From the IMG/VR virus record IMGVR_UViG_2706794686_000017: a stretch of 40,805 nt of DNA. One strand, given 5' to 3'. The notes under the pieces are model-generated. The model was given only the letters and a program-made list of their open reading frames with translations, ran no database searches and had not been told where the DNA came from. The translations under genes were made by a program, and so were the position numbers. The DNA comes from a virus (taxonomy: Duplodnaviria > Heunggongvirae > Uroviricota > Caudoviricetes). Below, one piece after another: positions 20,444 to 28,986 of this stretch; the stretch's first letter is position 1, and each line of letters begins with the position of its first letter.

Positions 20444-21357
20444 TGCTGACCCCACAAACAGATTTCACGCTCAATCTCACGACGAGTCATGAGACCTTTC
20501 CATTGCTTACCGCCAGCATATGTCCAGCGACGTAGCTGATCACATGCGCCTTTGATATCGCCCTGGTTTATTTTGCGAAGAAGCGTCGATGTTCTGAAAT
20601 TGCCAGCACCCACGTTGTAAACGAATGAGTAAAGAGCGCCGCGCGTTGTTTCCGGTATATCGACTTTGATGTACGGGTTAATTTGTCTGGCGACAGTGGC
20701 AAGGTCTTTATTCAAGAGTGTTTTGCATTCTGCTTTGGTATACGTTTTACCGAGCATGATGTCTTTTCCTGTATGCCCGTGACATACAGTCCATACACCA
20801 ACAATATCTTTGTATGGTATGTAGCTGACACCTTCCAGACCATCGTTACCACTTGGGCCAGTGATTAACACTGATGCTATAGCAATTGCTCCGCCACCAA
20901 TAGCAGCAGCAACNCCTTTCCATTGCTTACCGCCAGCATATGTCCAGCGACGTAGCTGATCACATGCGCCTTTGATATCGCCCTGGTTTATTTTGCGAAG
21001 AAGCGTCGATGTTCTGAAATTGCCAGCGCCCACGTTGTAAACGAACGAGTAAAGAGCGCCGCGCGTTGTTTCCGGTATATCGACTTTGATGTACGGGTTA
21101 ATTTGTCTGGCGACAGTGGCAAGGTCTTTATTCAAGAGTGTTTTGCATTCTGCTTTGGTATACGTTTTACCGAGCATGATGTCTTTTCCTGTATGCCCGT
21201 GACATACAGTCCATACACCAATGATATCTTTGTATGGTATGTAGCTGACACCTTCCAGACCATCGTTACCACTTGGGCCAGTGATTAACACTGATGCTAT
21301 AGCAATTGCTCCGCCACCAATAGCAGCAGCAACGACTTTTCGTAATGATGGAGGCAT
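20440..21357 (-). CDS. Endolysin (lysozyme with N-terminal signal-anchor-release-like segment); ORF carries an in-frame tandem duplication at the single N (20914)
   Basis: [44 protein letters not shown]... followed by a second near-identical 140-codon copy; an unduplicated gene would encode about 165 aa. Confidence 0.75.
   Translation of the reverse strand: MPPSLRKVVAAAIGGGAIAIASVLITGPSGNDGLEGVSYIPYKDIIGVWTVCHGHTGKDIMLGKTYTKAECKTLLNKDLATVARQINPYIKVDIPETTRGALYSFVYNVGAGNFRTSTLLRKINQGDIKGACDQLRRWTYAGGKQWKXVAAAIGGGAIAIASVLITGPSGNDGLEGVSYIPYKDIVGVWTVCHGHTGKDIMLGKTYTKAECKTLLNKDLATVARQINPYIKVDIPETTRGALYSFVYNVGAGNFRTSTLLRKINQGDIKGACDQLRRWTYAGGKQWKGLMTRREIEREICLWGQQ
20495..21333. repeat. Tandem direct repeat, 2 x about 420 bp (20495..20913 and 20915..21333) joined at N 20914
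   Basis: The two copies differ at only three positions seen by eye (gccagcaccc vs gccagcgccc; acgaatgagt vs acgaacgagt; caacaatatc vs caatgatatc). Confidence 0.85.
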
Positions 21358-21572
21358 TATTCACCTCTCGCAGCCTTGCGCTTATCTTCTTTAATCTTGA
21401 AATAAAGGTTTGTCAGGTACGTCAGCAGGCCAAATACCAGACTACCCAGCACACCGATTGCAGCCCACTGTGACGGAGTTACTCTATCGAGCAACTGTAA
21501 AAACCAGTAGCCAGCACTGCCTGCGGAGGTGCCGTAGGCAATGCCTGTTGAAATTTTGTCCATGGATTTCAT
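21357..21572 (-). CDS. Holin (class II, EssD/EssQ-like)
   Basis: 71 aa from [31 protein letters not shown]...; two hydrophobic segments and a charged C-terminus; immediately upstream of the endolysin. Confidence 0.8.
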   Translation of the reverse strand: MKSMDKISTGIAYGTSAGSAGYWFLQLLDRVTPSQWAAIGVLGSLVFGLLTYLTNLYFKIKEDKRKAARGE

Positions 21573-21823
21573 AGCCTCACCTCCGCACGGAACGGATGGC
21601 ATAGTTATTATGTGTAGGCTTTCAGACACATCAATCAGAGCCTTAATTGATATATATGCTGGAGACGATGCAATATAAAAAGCTCGCCGTAGCGAGCTAA
21701 TAAAATGTATTTCTCTGATATTATGTTTATTTGTATTAGCTCAGACTTGACATCACAGGTTTCGTATATAGAACATCATCAAATCTGTCAGTTTGCTATG
21801 AATGAGATATAGTAATTGAAGAG

Positions 21824-22219
21824 CTAACCTCGCATGTCAAAGCCAGATTTCTGAAAATCTCTGTAGACTTCCGGATTGTTGAAGGCCGGAAATTTGGCTT
21901 TATGAGCTGCGGACTTTATCGCTTCGCAATAGGCTTTATCACCGTTACTGGTAGATATTTTTAACGCCGTGCCATCCTGAGAGAATTCCATATGCAACCT
22001 GCATTTTTTCCCTTTCCAGTTATGCGGCTCATCAAGTTTGGCATTAATTGCAGCTCTGATTCCCCGCGCTTGCGCCCCCCATTCATCCTGATCATCCCAG
22101 CGTCCTGAACTGCAACTACCTGTAGCAGTAGTTTTGTGGCAATCTGAAGGGTGTAAAGGTGTGCATCCCGCAACAAAACCGACCCAAAAAGTCAACATAA
22201 CGATTTTCTTTAATCCCAC
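21824..22219 (-). CDS. Lipoprotein with TolA C-terminal (domain III)-like fold, paralogue 1
   Basis: GTG start with GAGGAG ribosome-binding site; signal peptide and lipobox VAGC; C-terminal GKKCRLHMEFSQDGTALKISTSNGDKAYCEAIKSAAHKAKFPAFNNPEVYRDFQ aligns with paralogue 2 and with TolA domain III as recalled. Confidence 0.55.
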   Translation of the reverse strand: MGLKKIVMLTFWVGFVAGCTPLHPSDCHKTTATGSCSSGRWDDQDEWGAQARGIRAAINAKLDEPHNWKGKKCRLHMEFSQDGTALKISTSNGDKAYCEAIKSAAHKAKFPAFNNPEVYRDFQKSGFDMRG

Positions 22220-22369
22220 TTCTTGCTCCTCAATCCATTAAAATCTCAGCAATAGTAGTTGTTACGTCCGCCACTGGCTCAGAGCTGACTATCCGCTAAA
22301 TTTAGCTCAGTGCCGTAGCTGTGTCAGAACAAACCTAAGCCGAAACCGTTTATTACAAAACAATAAATA

Positions 22370-22798
22370 TCAGGGTTTAAAATCCAGCACCCCATTTTGA
22401 AATACTTTATATACTTCCGGCGAAGGGGGGGCAGGTATATCAGCATTCTTTATCGCATTCATCGCTTCACGACATAAATCGAGGTCTCCACTTTCTCTTT
22501 TAACCTCCAGTAGAAGGCCATTCGGGGCCATATGCATTCTCAGTGTACACTCTTTTCCTGAATACTTACTCGCATCCCCGAACTGTTTTTCGATGGCGCT
22601 CTTGATTTGATGGGCATACAGACGGATATCCTCACTAACATCAGAAGTACGTTCAGATGAACTCACATACTGTGTCTCTATTGCTTTATCGGAGTAATAT
22701 GATGTACGGTCATGATAATTTGTCGATACAGCATCAGTGCACCCGATAATAATCCCACTAATAATCAACGTAAGAATTGATGCGCTACGAAAACCCAT
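22370..22798 (-). CDS. Lipoprotein with TolA C-terminal (domain III)-like domain, paralogue 2
   Basis: Signal peptide and lipobox IIGC; C-terminus HQIKSAIEKQFGDASKYSGKECTLRMHMAPNGLLLEVKRESGDLDLCREAMNAIKNADIPAPPSPEVYKVFQNGVLDFKP closely resembles the E. coli TolA C-terminus as recalled. Confidence 0.65.
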   Translation of the reverse strand: MGFRSASILTLIISGIIIGCTDAVSTNYHDRTSYYSDKAIETQYVSSSERTSDVSEDIRLYAHQIKSAIEKQFGDASKYSGKECTLRMHMAPNGLLLEVKRESGDLDLCREAMNAIKNADIPAPPSPEVYKVFQNGVLDFKP

Positions 22799-22827
22799 TT
22801 TTCCTCACATATGTCATATAGTAAAGG

Positions 22828-22857
22828 ATTATATATACCGTTGTTTTGGACGCTCAA
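22828..22857 (-). promoter_or_regulatory. Candidate sigma70 promoter for the TolA-III-like lipoprotein gene
   Basis: Minus strand TTGAGC, 18-nt spacer, TATAAT, about 30 nt upstream of the GAGGAAA ribosome-binding site and ATG. Confidence 0.4.
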
Positions 22858-23431
22858 ACAGCGAATCAGATCAAATAAAACGCACATTTGTTAACATTTA
22901 CACAAAGTCTGCGTGGGATATTCTGAAAGAATATCCATAATGTGGAGAGANNNNNNNNNNNNNNNNNNNNNNNNNNNNNNNNNNNNNNNNNNNNNNNNNN
23001 NNNNNNNNNNNNNNNNNNNNNNNNNNNNNNNNNNNNNNNNNNNNNNNNNNNNNNNNNNNNNNNNNNNNNNNNNNNNNNNNNNNNNNNNNNNNNNNNNNNN
23101 NNNNNGGTCATCATCAGATGACTGGAAAAAAGGAAAACAAAAAATACTCATCATACAGTTTTGATTGCAGGGATGAGCCTGCTATGCACAATATGCAGAA
23201 TATAAGCAAGATAANNNNNNNNNNNNNNNNNNNNNNNNNNNNNNNNNNNNNNNNNATCAGGATAACGCATCATCAGCCCCTGCCAAGAAATATCAAAACT
23301 CCCGCCAGCAATGTGTTATCACAATATTGTAAAAAAAACACAGCACCGAAACTATAACTGGTCTCTGTTATAATTTGGAGCAGAAAGACCAGTTGCCCAA
23401 CTAGCAGCATTCTCCCCTGCTTTCCTGACGT

Positions 23432-23458
23432 AAAAAAACCGCATTAAGCGGTTTTTTT
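23432..23458 (-). terminator. Intrinsic terminator downstream of Q (tR'-like)
   Basis: AAAAAAA-CCGC-attaa-GCGG-TTTTTTT hairpin about 80 bp downstream of the Q-like ORF stop. Confidence 0.55.
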
Positions 23459-23538
23459 ACGATGTCCATGTCTGCAATCCGCCTCGCGATACAGCTTTGC
23501 GAAGCATAGCAAAATTGAAGCAGTTTATACGTAAGAAA

Positions 23539-23857
23539 TCAAGCCATTTTCTCAGCAAATGATTCACGCATGGGAATATATAGGGCATACTCAGCAACAG
23601 CTAACCAATTAGCAATCCGTTTTTCGCATGTGCTAAAACACCACTCTGGGTGTGCATCATTTAGCAATTCAGCCATTTTGCGCTTAGTCATCCCCCGCCC
23701 TTCATAGCGTTGCCGGAGAATGCAAATCAATCCTGGATGCTCTGCCAGCACCTCACTTATGACTCGATCAATACATAACGCCTCTGCATCAGTACAATGC
23801 GCCAGCCAGCTCTTTTGCTTGCCGTTGATCATCTCTCGCAAAAACGCTTCCAGCTCN
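23539..23857 (-). CDS. Late antiterminator Q-like protein, C-terminal part (N-terminus masked by N-run)
   Basis: Visible C-terminal 105 aa (...CTDAEALCIDRVISEVLAEHPGLICILRQRYEGRGMTKRKMAELLNDAHPEWCFSTCEKR...); position immediately upstream of tR'-like terminator and lysis genes. Confidence 0.5.
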
Positions 23858-24456
23858 NNNNNNNNNNNNNNNNNNNNNNNNNNNNNNNNNNNNNNNNNNN
23901 NNNNNNNNNNNNNNNNNNNNNNNNNNNNNNNNNNNNNNNNNNNNNNNNNNNNNNNNNNNNNNNNNNNNNNNNNNNNNNNNNNNNNNNNNNNNNNNNNNNN
24001 NNNNNNNNNNNNNNNNNNNNNNNNNNNNNNNNNNNNNNNNNNNNNNNNNNNNNNNNNNNNNNNNNNNNNNNNNNNNNNNNNNNNNNNNNNNNNNNNNNNN
24101 NNNNNNNNNNNNNNNNNNNNNNNNNNNNNNNNNNNNNNNNNNNNNNNNNNNNNNNNNNNNNNNNNNNNNNNNNNNNNNNNNNNNNNNNNNNNNAGCATGC
24201 ANNNNNNNNNNNNNNNNNNNNNNNNNNNNNNNNNNNNNNNNNNNNNNNNNNNNNNNNNNNNNNNNNNNNNNNNNNNNNNNNNNNNNNNNNNNNNNNNNNN
24301 NNNNNNNNNNNNNNNNNNNNNNNNNNNNNNNNNNNNNNNNNNNNNNNNNNNNNNNNNNNNNNNNNNNNNNNNNNNNNNNNNNNNNNNNNNNNNNNNNNNN
24401 NNNNNNNNNNNNNNNNNNNNNNNNNNNNNNNNNNNNNNNNNNNNNNNNNNNNNNNN

Positions 24457-25036
24457 GTGCGGCCACATTTTCAACTTCCTCCTGAGAGGAGAATTTACGG
24501 AACAGAATCCAGTTCCACAGCACATTCAGTACAGATTTATAAACCTGCTGAAACTCGACTTCGTCCATATTCGCAAAAGCGATGGATTTTGCCCGACGCC
24601 CACGGCTACCGTCCGGATAAATATGCTCGGTGTAAAATCCGGCCTGAATGGTTACCCACTCGCGGAAAGCCTCAAACGACTTTAGCAACGCCGTATCCCG
24701 GGTTCTACGAGTCGCAACGGTGTTAAGGTATTGCTCTGCGGCATCACTCAGGGCTGGCGTGTGTTCCCGACCAACTGATTCGCACAGGTAATCAACGAAA
24801 CCAGACAGCAGTTCTCGTTCGCGAGGCGTGATCGCCCCACCGACCGGAGTCCAGTAATCGAATCCCAGTTGCAGGAGTTTGAAAAAACGCTTGTGGAATG
24901 CGTAGTTACGCACACGCTTAAAGTCTGCGTGTATCCACTCACCTATTTTGATTTGATGCAGAAAATCGCAACTCTCCGGCGTCGCCGGGAGAAGTAAACC
25001 AGAAGAGGTTTGTTTGACCAGTTGTATATGCGCCAT
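24457..25036 (-). CDS. nin-region phage protein of unknown function, N-terminal part (rest masked by N-run)
   Basis: ORF starting MAHIQLVKQTSSGLLLPATPESCDFLHQIKIGEWIHADFKRVRNYAFHKRFF...; runs into the N-run at 24456. Confidence 0.5.
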
Positions 25037-25316
25037 TTCTCAATCTCTCGATGGCGCAGCGCAGCAGATGCCAGTTGTTCAGGCTGACGAATAAAGTATA
25101 AATAAACTGGCTATGGTGTAAAGCCCCACATAGCATGAACAAACACTACATATCAAATAGCTGGTACAAGGATAGAAATACGACACTTATTATTAAAAAC
25201 GATTAGATAAATTACATTTTAATGTTATGCAAAAGTTCTTTTTTATCATAACATTTCAATAAAAGCATTACAGATGCAATCATCCCGTCATCATCAATTA
25301 TTTAAGGTGGTTAAAC

Positions 25317-25403
25317 ATGGAAAATAACAAGTTCGCACATCTCGCTCCTTTTTTATCCGTAATCCTTTTCGCTTGTTGTTTTATATGGGCATTATTTTTA
25401 TAA
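25317..25403 (+). CDS. Hypothetical 28-aa hydrophobic peptide
   Basis: AAGGTGG ribosome-binding site 6 nt before ATG; MENNKFAHLAPFLSVILFACCFIWALFL then TAA; lies in an AT-rich intergenic stretch. Confidence 0.3.
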   Translation: MENNKFAHLAPFLSVILFACCFIWALFL

Positions 25404-25811
25404 AGTAGCCACATGATAAGTTGCTGGAATCATATTTCCCACTCAAGTCATTAACATTTGATAAGATATATCTAAAAGGACGCCTTTACATTATTTATGC
25501 GTATATAATTTATTTATATACACAGTAAAGGTATCCTGGGAAAATATTTATCGTTAAAAAATACATCATAAATAATTAAGCTGAAATTTCAGAACACAAC
25601 TAATACACACAATAAGGTTCAGTAACAGTAATCTATGTGGACTACATCGAGATTTTTTGATTAAACTTTAATAACTTATTCCTAACACACAGAATGCATA
25701 AACTAAAAGTAAAACAAATAGTTATACGAAAAACAACCATATTTATTCTATCTTCTCCTCTAATCAACATATCAATTATGTGTTTCATAACAGCTTGACA
25801 TAACCCTCCAA

Positions 25812-25834
25812 AAGATGCATTTTTAATGCATGTT
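25812..25834 (+). promoter_or_regulatory. NsrR-like operator (11-1-11 inverted repeat) upstream of the YeaR-like gene
   Basis: AAGATGCATTT-t-TAATGCATGTT; the half-sites match each other at 9 of 11 positions and resemble the NsrR consensus as recalled; a TTGACA lies at 25795..25800. Confidence 0.5.
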
Positions 25835-25849
25835 TTGGAGGAGGTGGTT

Positions 25850-26188
25850 ATGACACACAAGAGAATTCCTAAAGATTGGGTAATCAAACGCTCAACTCCG
25901 TTCTTCACAAAAGAGAACGTACCTTCAGCGTTATTAACACATCATAATACAGCAGCAGGTGTTTTTGGGCAGTTGTGCGTAATGGAAGGCACTGTAACAT
26001 ATTATGGTTTTACTGATGAGAATGCTACTGAACCGGAGATAAAAGTAGTCATTAATGCTGGCGCTTTTGCAACAAGCCCACCACAATACTGGCACCGTGT
26101 TGAACTAAGCGATGATGCTCAGTTTAATATTAACTTTTGGGTCGCTCCAGACTTTTCGGGCGAAAAAGTCTATAGCACCAAAAAATAG
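25850..26188 (+). CDS. YeaR-like DUF1971-family protein
   Basis: GGAGGAGG ribosome-binding site then ATG; 112 aa MTHKRIPKDWVIKRSTPFFTKENVPSALLTHHNTAAGVFGQLCVMEGTVTYYGF...; only plus-strand gene in the late/nin region. Confidence 0.5.
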   Translation: MTHKRIPKDWVIKRSTPFFTKENVPSALLTHHNTAAGVFGQLCVMEGTVTYYGFTDENATEPEIKVVINAGAFATSPPQYWHRVELSDDAQFNINFWVAPDFSGEKVYSTKK

Positions 26189-26217
26189 ATGATCATATTA
26201 AAAATGCTTTAACAGTC

Positions 26218-26255
26218 AGACCCGGCAGGGCTATCCCCGACGGGTCTCATTTTTG
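26218..26255 (+). terminator. Rho-independent terminator of the YeaR-like gene
   Basis: AGACCCG...CGGGTCT stem (7 bp) followed by CATTTTTG, about 30 nt after the stop codon. Confidence 0.6.
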
Positions 26256-26808
26256 TAAATATATTGGTTCTACATTGACAGGAGACTTCAACCATAAGAA
26301 GTAATCTGAATACTTGAGCAATAAATTTACTTAAGATTAATGAGCGCACCTTGCCGGACAAAGATAAACCAAGGTAACACCTTTTTTCTAGCCAGTATGT
26401 AATCAATCAGAAAGCCGCTCCATAAGAACAACAGCAAGACAATAAATTGCCATTACAGCCGCAATAGCCAGCGCACATTTGAGAACCAGCACGACAACCC
26501 CCTGTATTAGACGCACACCAGTCCTGATAAATATGAGGCTGTCTCGTCAGTGATTCAATACAACTATTGGGTATAGTTTCTGTGATTTTATTCTGTAGAA
26601 ATGGAACACAACAACCAGTCACCACCAGCACTTCCTTAAATGCTCTAAGTCAGAAACAAGCCAACATTTTAGTCCGCTTTGAGCGATCTGCAGACATTGC
26701 TAGCAGCCTTCTGTGTGAATTCTCAGGGAGCAGGTCGGCATAGCATCACGTTGAGGCTCTTACCCTACTTGTTCACACCAACCCTAACTCCACAGACTGA
26801 TTCATAAA

Positions 26809-27810
26809 TTAGTAATCTGCGTGTTTCGCACTTTTCAGAAATGCTTTCATATTTTCATTAGGTCGCTCAATTTCGAAGTTACTTCCATATAACTCTTGTA
26901 ATTTTGGCCATAACTTACTTAATAACCCTCTCCTGCGATAAAATGGATGTATCCAAACGGTAGATAGGTACGGAGAATTTGCATTTGAATTGTTTATTGT
27001 GACCAGCCCAACTAAACATTGTCGATAACCACTATTATCCATTGATTGTATTTCTTCGACGAATGGATACGCGATTACATCAGTCCAACCATGATCGGTT
27101 GTATCCCATTGCATTCCGTCATGACATTCCTTCGACTGATAGCGGCGTAAAGCTACACACGCGAGCTTTTGCCAATCTGGAGAATTAATTGTGATCTCTT
27201 CATCGTATGACGCGCCTATTGGAGCGGGTATTGGTCTGATTAATCCAGCATGGCATTCATCATAGAACTTCATGTTTCCCTCAGAAACGTTGTGTACGTT
27301 GGGTTGCTCCATGTGTGCGCCATTCAAAAATAGCTCTGATAGTAGTGTATCTACACTGTAATCTTTATTGATTATTGTCGGCTTAGAGTTTTTCTTATTA
27401 AGGCCGCGAGTAACGATTTTTTGATCAATGTTAACAACATGGAATAATCCGTCGGGGAGGCTAGCGAACCACGATGGGGCATCGGACCAGAATAGCATGC
27501 CTTTTGTACTTCTTAAGAGTTTAATTAAGTTAATACAAGCTTCTTCACTAGTCTTGCCGTTGATGCGAAGTATGTTAGGACTAAAGTAATATTCATCCAT
27601 ATCAGGGAATGCAGCTTCGCAAAACTCCTGTACATAATTTAGCACCTGGATTCTACAGAGATCATCATAGCTGGTAATAACTAAGGGGGTATCTTCATTA
27701 CTATTATGATTATCAATAATGCAATCTATAGCGAGACTTACTGCTTTGCGTATCACTTCAGTTGAATCTAACGACTCTAAAAATTTTGTCTTTCGTGTGC
27801 GAATATCCAT
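26809..27810 (-). CDS. Hypothetical protein (333 aa) with C-terminal GNAT-like acyltransferase-fold signature; second gene of AT-rich cargo operon
   Basis: AT-rich ORF 15 nt downstream of the preceding gene; C-terminal LVGLVTINNSNANSPYLSTVWIHPFYRRRGLLSKLW...NENMKAFLKSAKHADY resembles GNAT motifs A and B; N-terminal 230 aa unassigned. Confidence 0.45.
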   Translation of the reverse strand: MDIRTRKTKFLESLDSTEVIRKAVSLAIDCIIDNHNSNEDTPLVITSYDDLCRIQVLNYVQEFCEAAFPDMDEYYFSPNILRINGKTSEEACINLIKLLRSTKGMLFWSDAPSWFASLPDGLFHVVNIDQKIVTRGLNKKNSKPTIINKDYSVDTLLSELFLNGAHMEQPNVHNVSEGNMKFYDECHAGLIRPIPAPIGASYDEEITINSPDWQKLACVALRRYQSKECHDGMQWDTTDHGWTDVIAYPFVEEIQSMDNSGYRQCLVGLVTINNSNANSPYLSTVWIHPFYRRRGLLSKLWPKLQELYGSNFEIERPNENMKAFLKSAKHADY

Positions 27811-27825
27811 GTATGACCTGCGCTA

Positions 27826-28848
27826 TTAAAATTCATGAATGAACGGTTTGTCATCTGGTTGCAAAATGGTGGTTTTATTCGTTGCTACATTTAAACTGTT
27901 GTAGAGCATAATTGCCAGGTTCGATGCATTTTCAATCAGCGTTTCAAGATCCTGGTCTGTAATCACTACGAGGTTCCCTTCTTTATCCTTTCCACCACGA
28001 TGCACTAAGTGATTTCGATTGAGGGTTGCCAATTCAATAGCTTCTATCGGACAGTCTTTTTGTACTTTTATATCGAATGTAGCTTCATAGCGGTCGATTA
28101 CCTTTTTAGTGCTATGCCAGCTTGCACTGATCAAGTGTTCCTTGATTGACCTGATTAGCTCTCCCCTAATTTTCTCGATGGGTTCACCCTTGAAAGGCAA
28201 CGCAGCAATATCTTTGCTTACTTTAAATTCAGTCTTACCTTTTTCTATACAATTGGCTATGTAGACATCATCTTTCTCTATAGAATTAATGAATAGCTCA
28301 ACATAAAGCGTTTCCAAAGCTGTAATAACATTCGTGTAGAGCAAACTAAGCAAGTGGTTTTTTTGCTGTTGTTCAGTTTTATCTTTTGCAAGTTTTTTTA
28401 TTTTATCGATATTATCAATGAATTTTAAATACGGATTACCGGAAGACGTTACAGCGTCGTAGATATCATCATCGTACCAATCATCTATATTATTTGAGTT
28501 TCCAGACCAGTCAAAACATTGTGTTTGTAATTCATCTACTAATTCCTCAATATACTCAGATTTAACATATTGACCGAAGATGGATTGTAGTTCTTCGCTC
28601 GCATCATACGGCCCGCCATATATGTAAGCATAGCCACCTTCTCTACTTTCATACGGACAAGCATTTGCCGGATCTTCAAAGTTTTCAAAGAACCAGTTTT
28701 TCATTACTTCGAGTTGATCTTTTTTGCTTATGTATTTTAAAGATTTTAGTGGAACTTTCTTTCCATTAACCTCGAAAACAATTTTCACGATGTAACGCTC
28801 CCTTGTATCAATTGCGCAACTATTATACCACAGCGAAATACAGGGCAT
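27826..28848 (-). CDS. Hypothetical protein (340 aa) with HEPN-like R-x4-H motif (possible Abi-like RNase); first gene of AT-rich cargo operon
   Basis: ATG at 28848 preceded by AAGGAGG at ideal spacing; AT-rich codon usage; LATLNRNHLVHRGG near the C-terminus fits the HEPN R-[NHQ]-x3-H pattern. Confidence 0.45.
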   Translation of the reverse strand: MPCISLWYNSCAIDTRERYIVKIVFEVNGKKVPLKSLKYISKKDQLEVMKNWFFENFEDPANACPYESREGGYAYIYGGPYDASEELQSIFGQYVKSEYIEELVDELQTQCFDWSGNSNNIDDWYDDDIYDAVTSSGNPYLKFIDNIDKIKKLAKDKTEQQQKNHLLSLLYTNVITALETLYVELFINSIEKDDVYIANCIEKGKTEFKVSKDIAALPFKGEPIEKIRGELIRSIKEHLISASWHSTKKVIDRYEATFDIKVQKDCPIEAIELATLNRNHLVHRGGKDKEGNLVVITDQDLETLIENASNLAIMLYNSLNVATNKTTILQPDDKPFIHEF

Positions 28849-28876
28849 AACCTGCCTCCTTAAACTAACATACCAT

Positions 28877-28902
28877 GAGCCAGCAATGTCCGCTATTGGC
28901 AC
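28877..28902 (-). promoter_or_regulatory. 8-bp inverted repeat (TGTCCGCT / AGCGGACA, 10-nt spacer) in the leader of the cargo operon
   Basis: Perfect inverted repeat between a TTGACA hexamer and the AAGGAGG ribosome-binding site of the 27826..28848 gene. Confidence 0.35.
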
Positions 28903-28986
28903 AAAGCGGACAACCACGCTAGCTCTCCCCTGTGCCAGAAAAATGTCAATTTACATATGAACTAATGCTCTTTGATCTAGTAACGT

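Noticed and set aside
20683-21288. Two identical 61-aa plus-strand ORFs (20683..20868 and 21103..21288).
   Set aside because: They are antisense to the endolysin gene and appear twice only because of the 420-bp duplication.
23460-23538. Possible Q-dependent late promoter between Q and the tR'-like terminator.
   Set aside because: I could not find a convincing -35/-10 pair with correct spacing by eye, so only the terminator is reported.
26407-26631. 74-aa Cys/Gly-rich minus-strand ORF in the gap between the YeaR-like gene and the cargo operon.
   Set aside because: Low-complexity composition, no ribosome-binding site, and no resemblance to any protein family I know; treated as non-coding.
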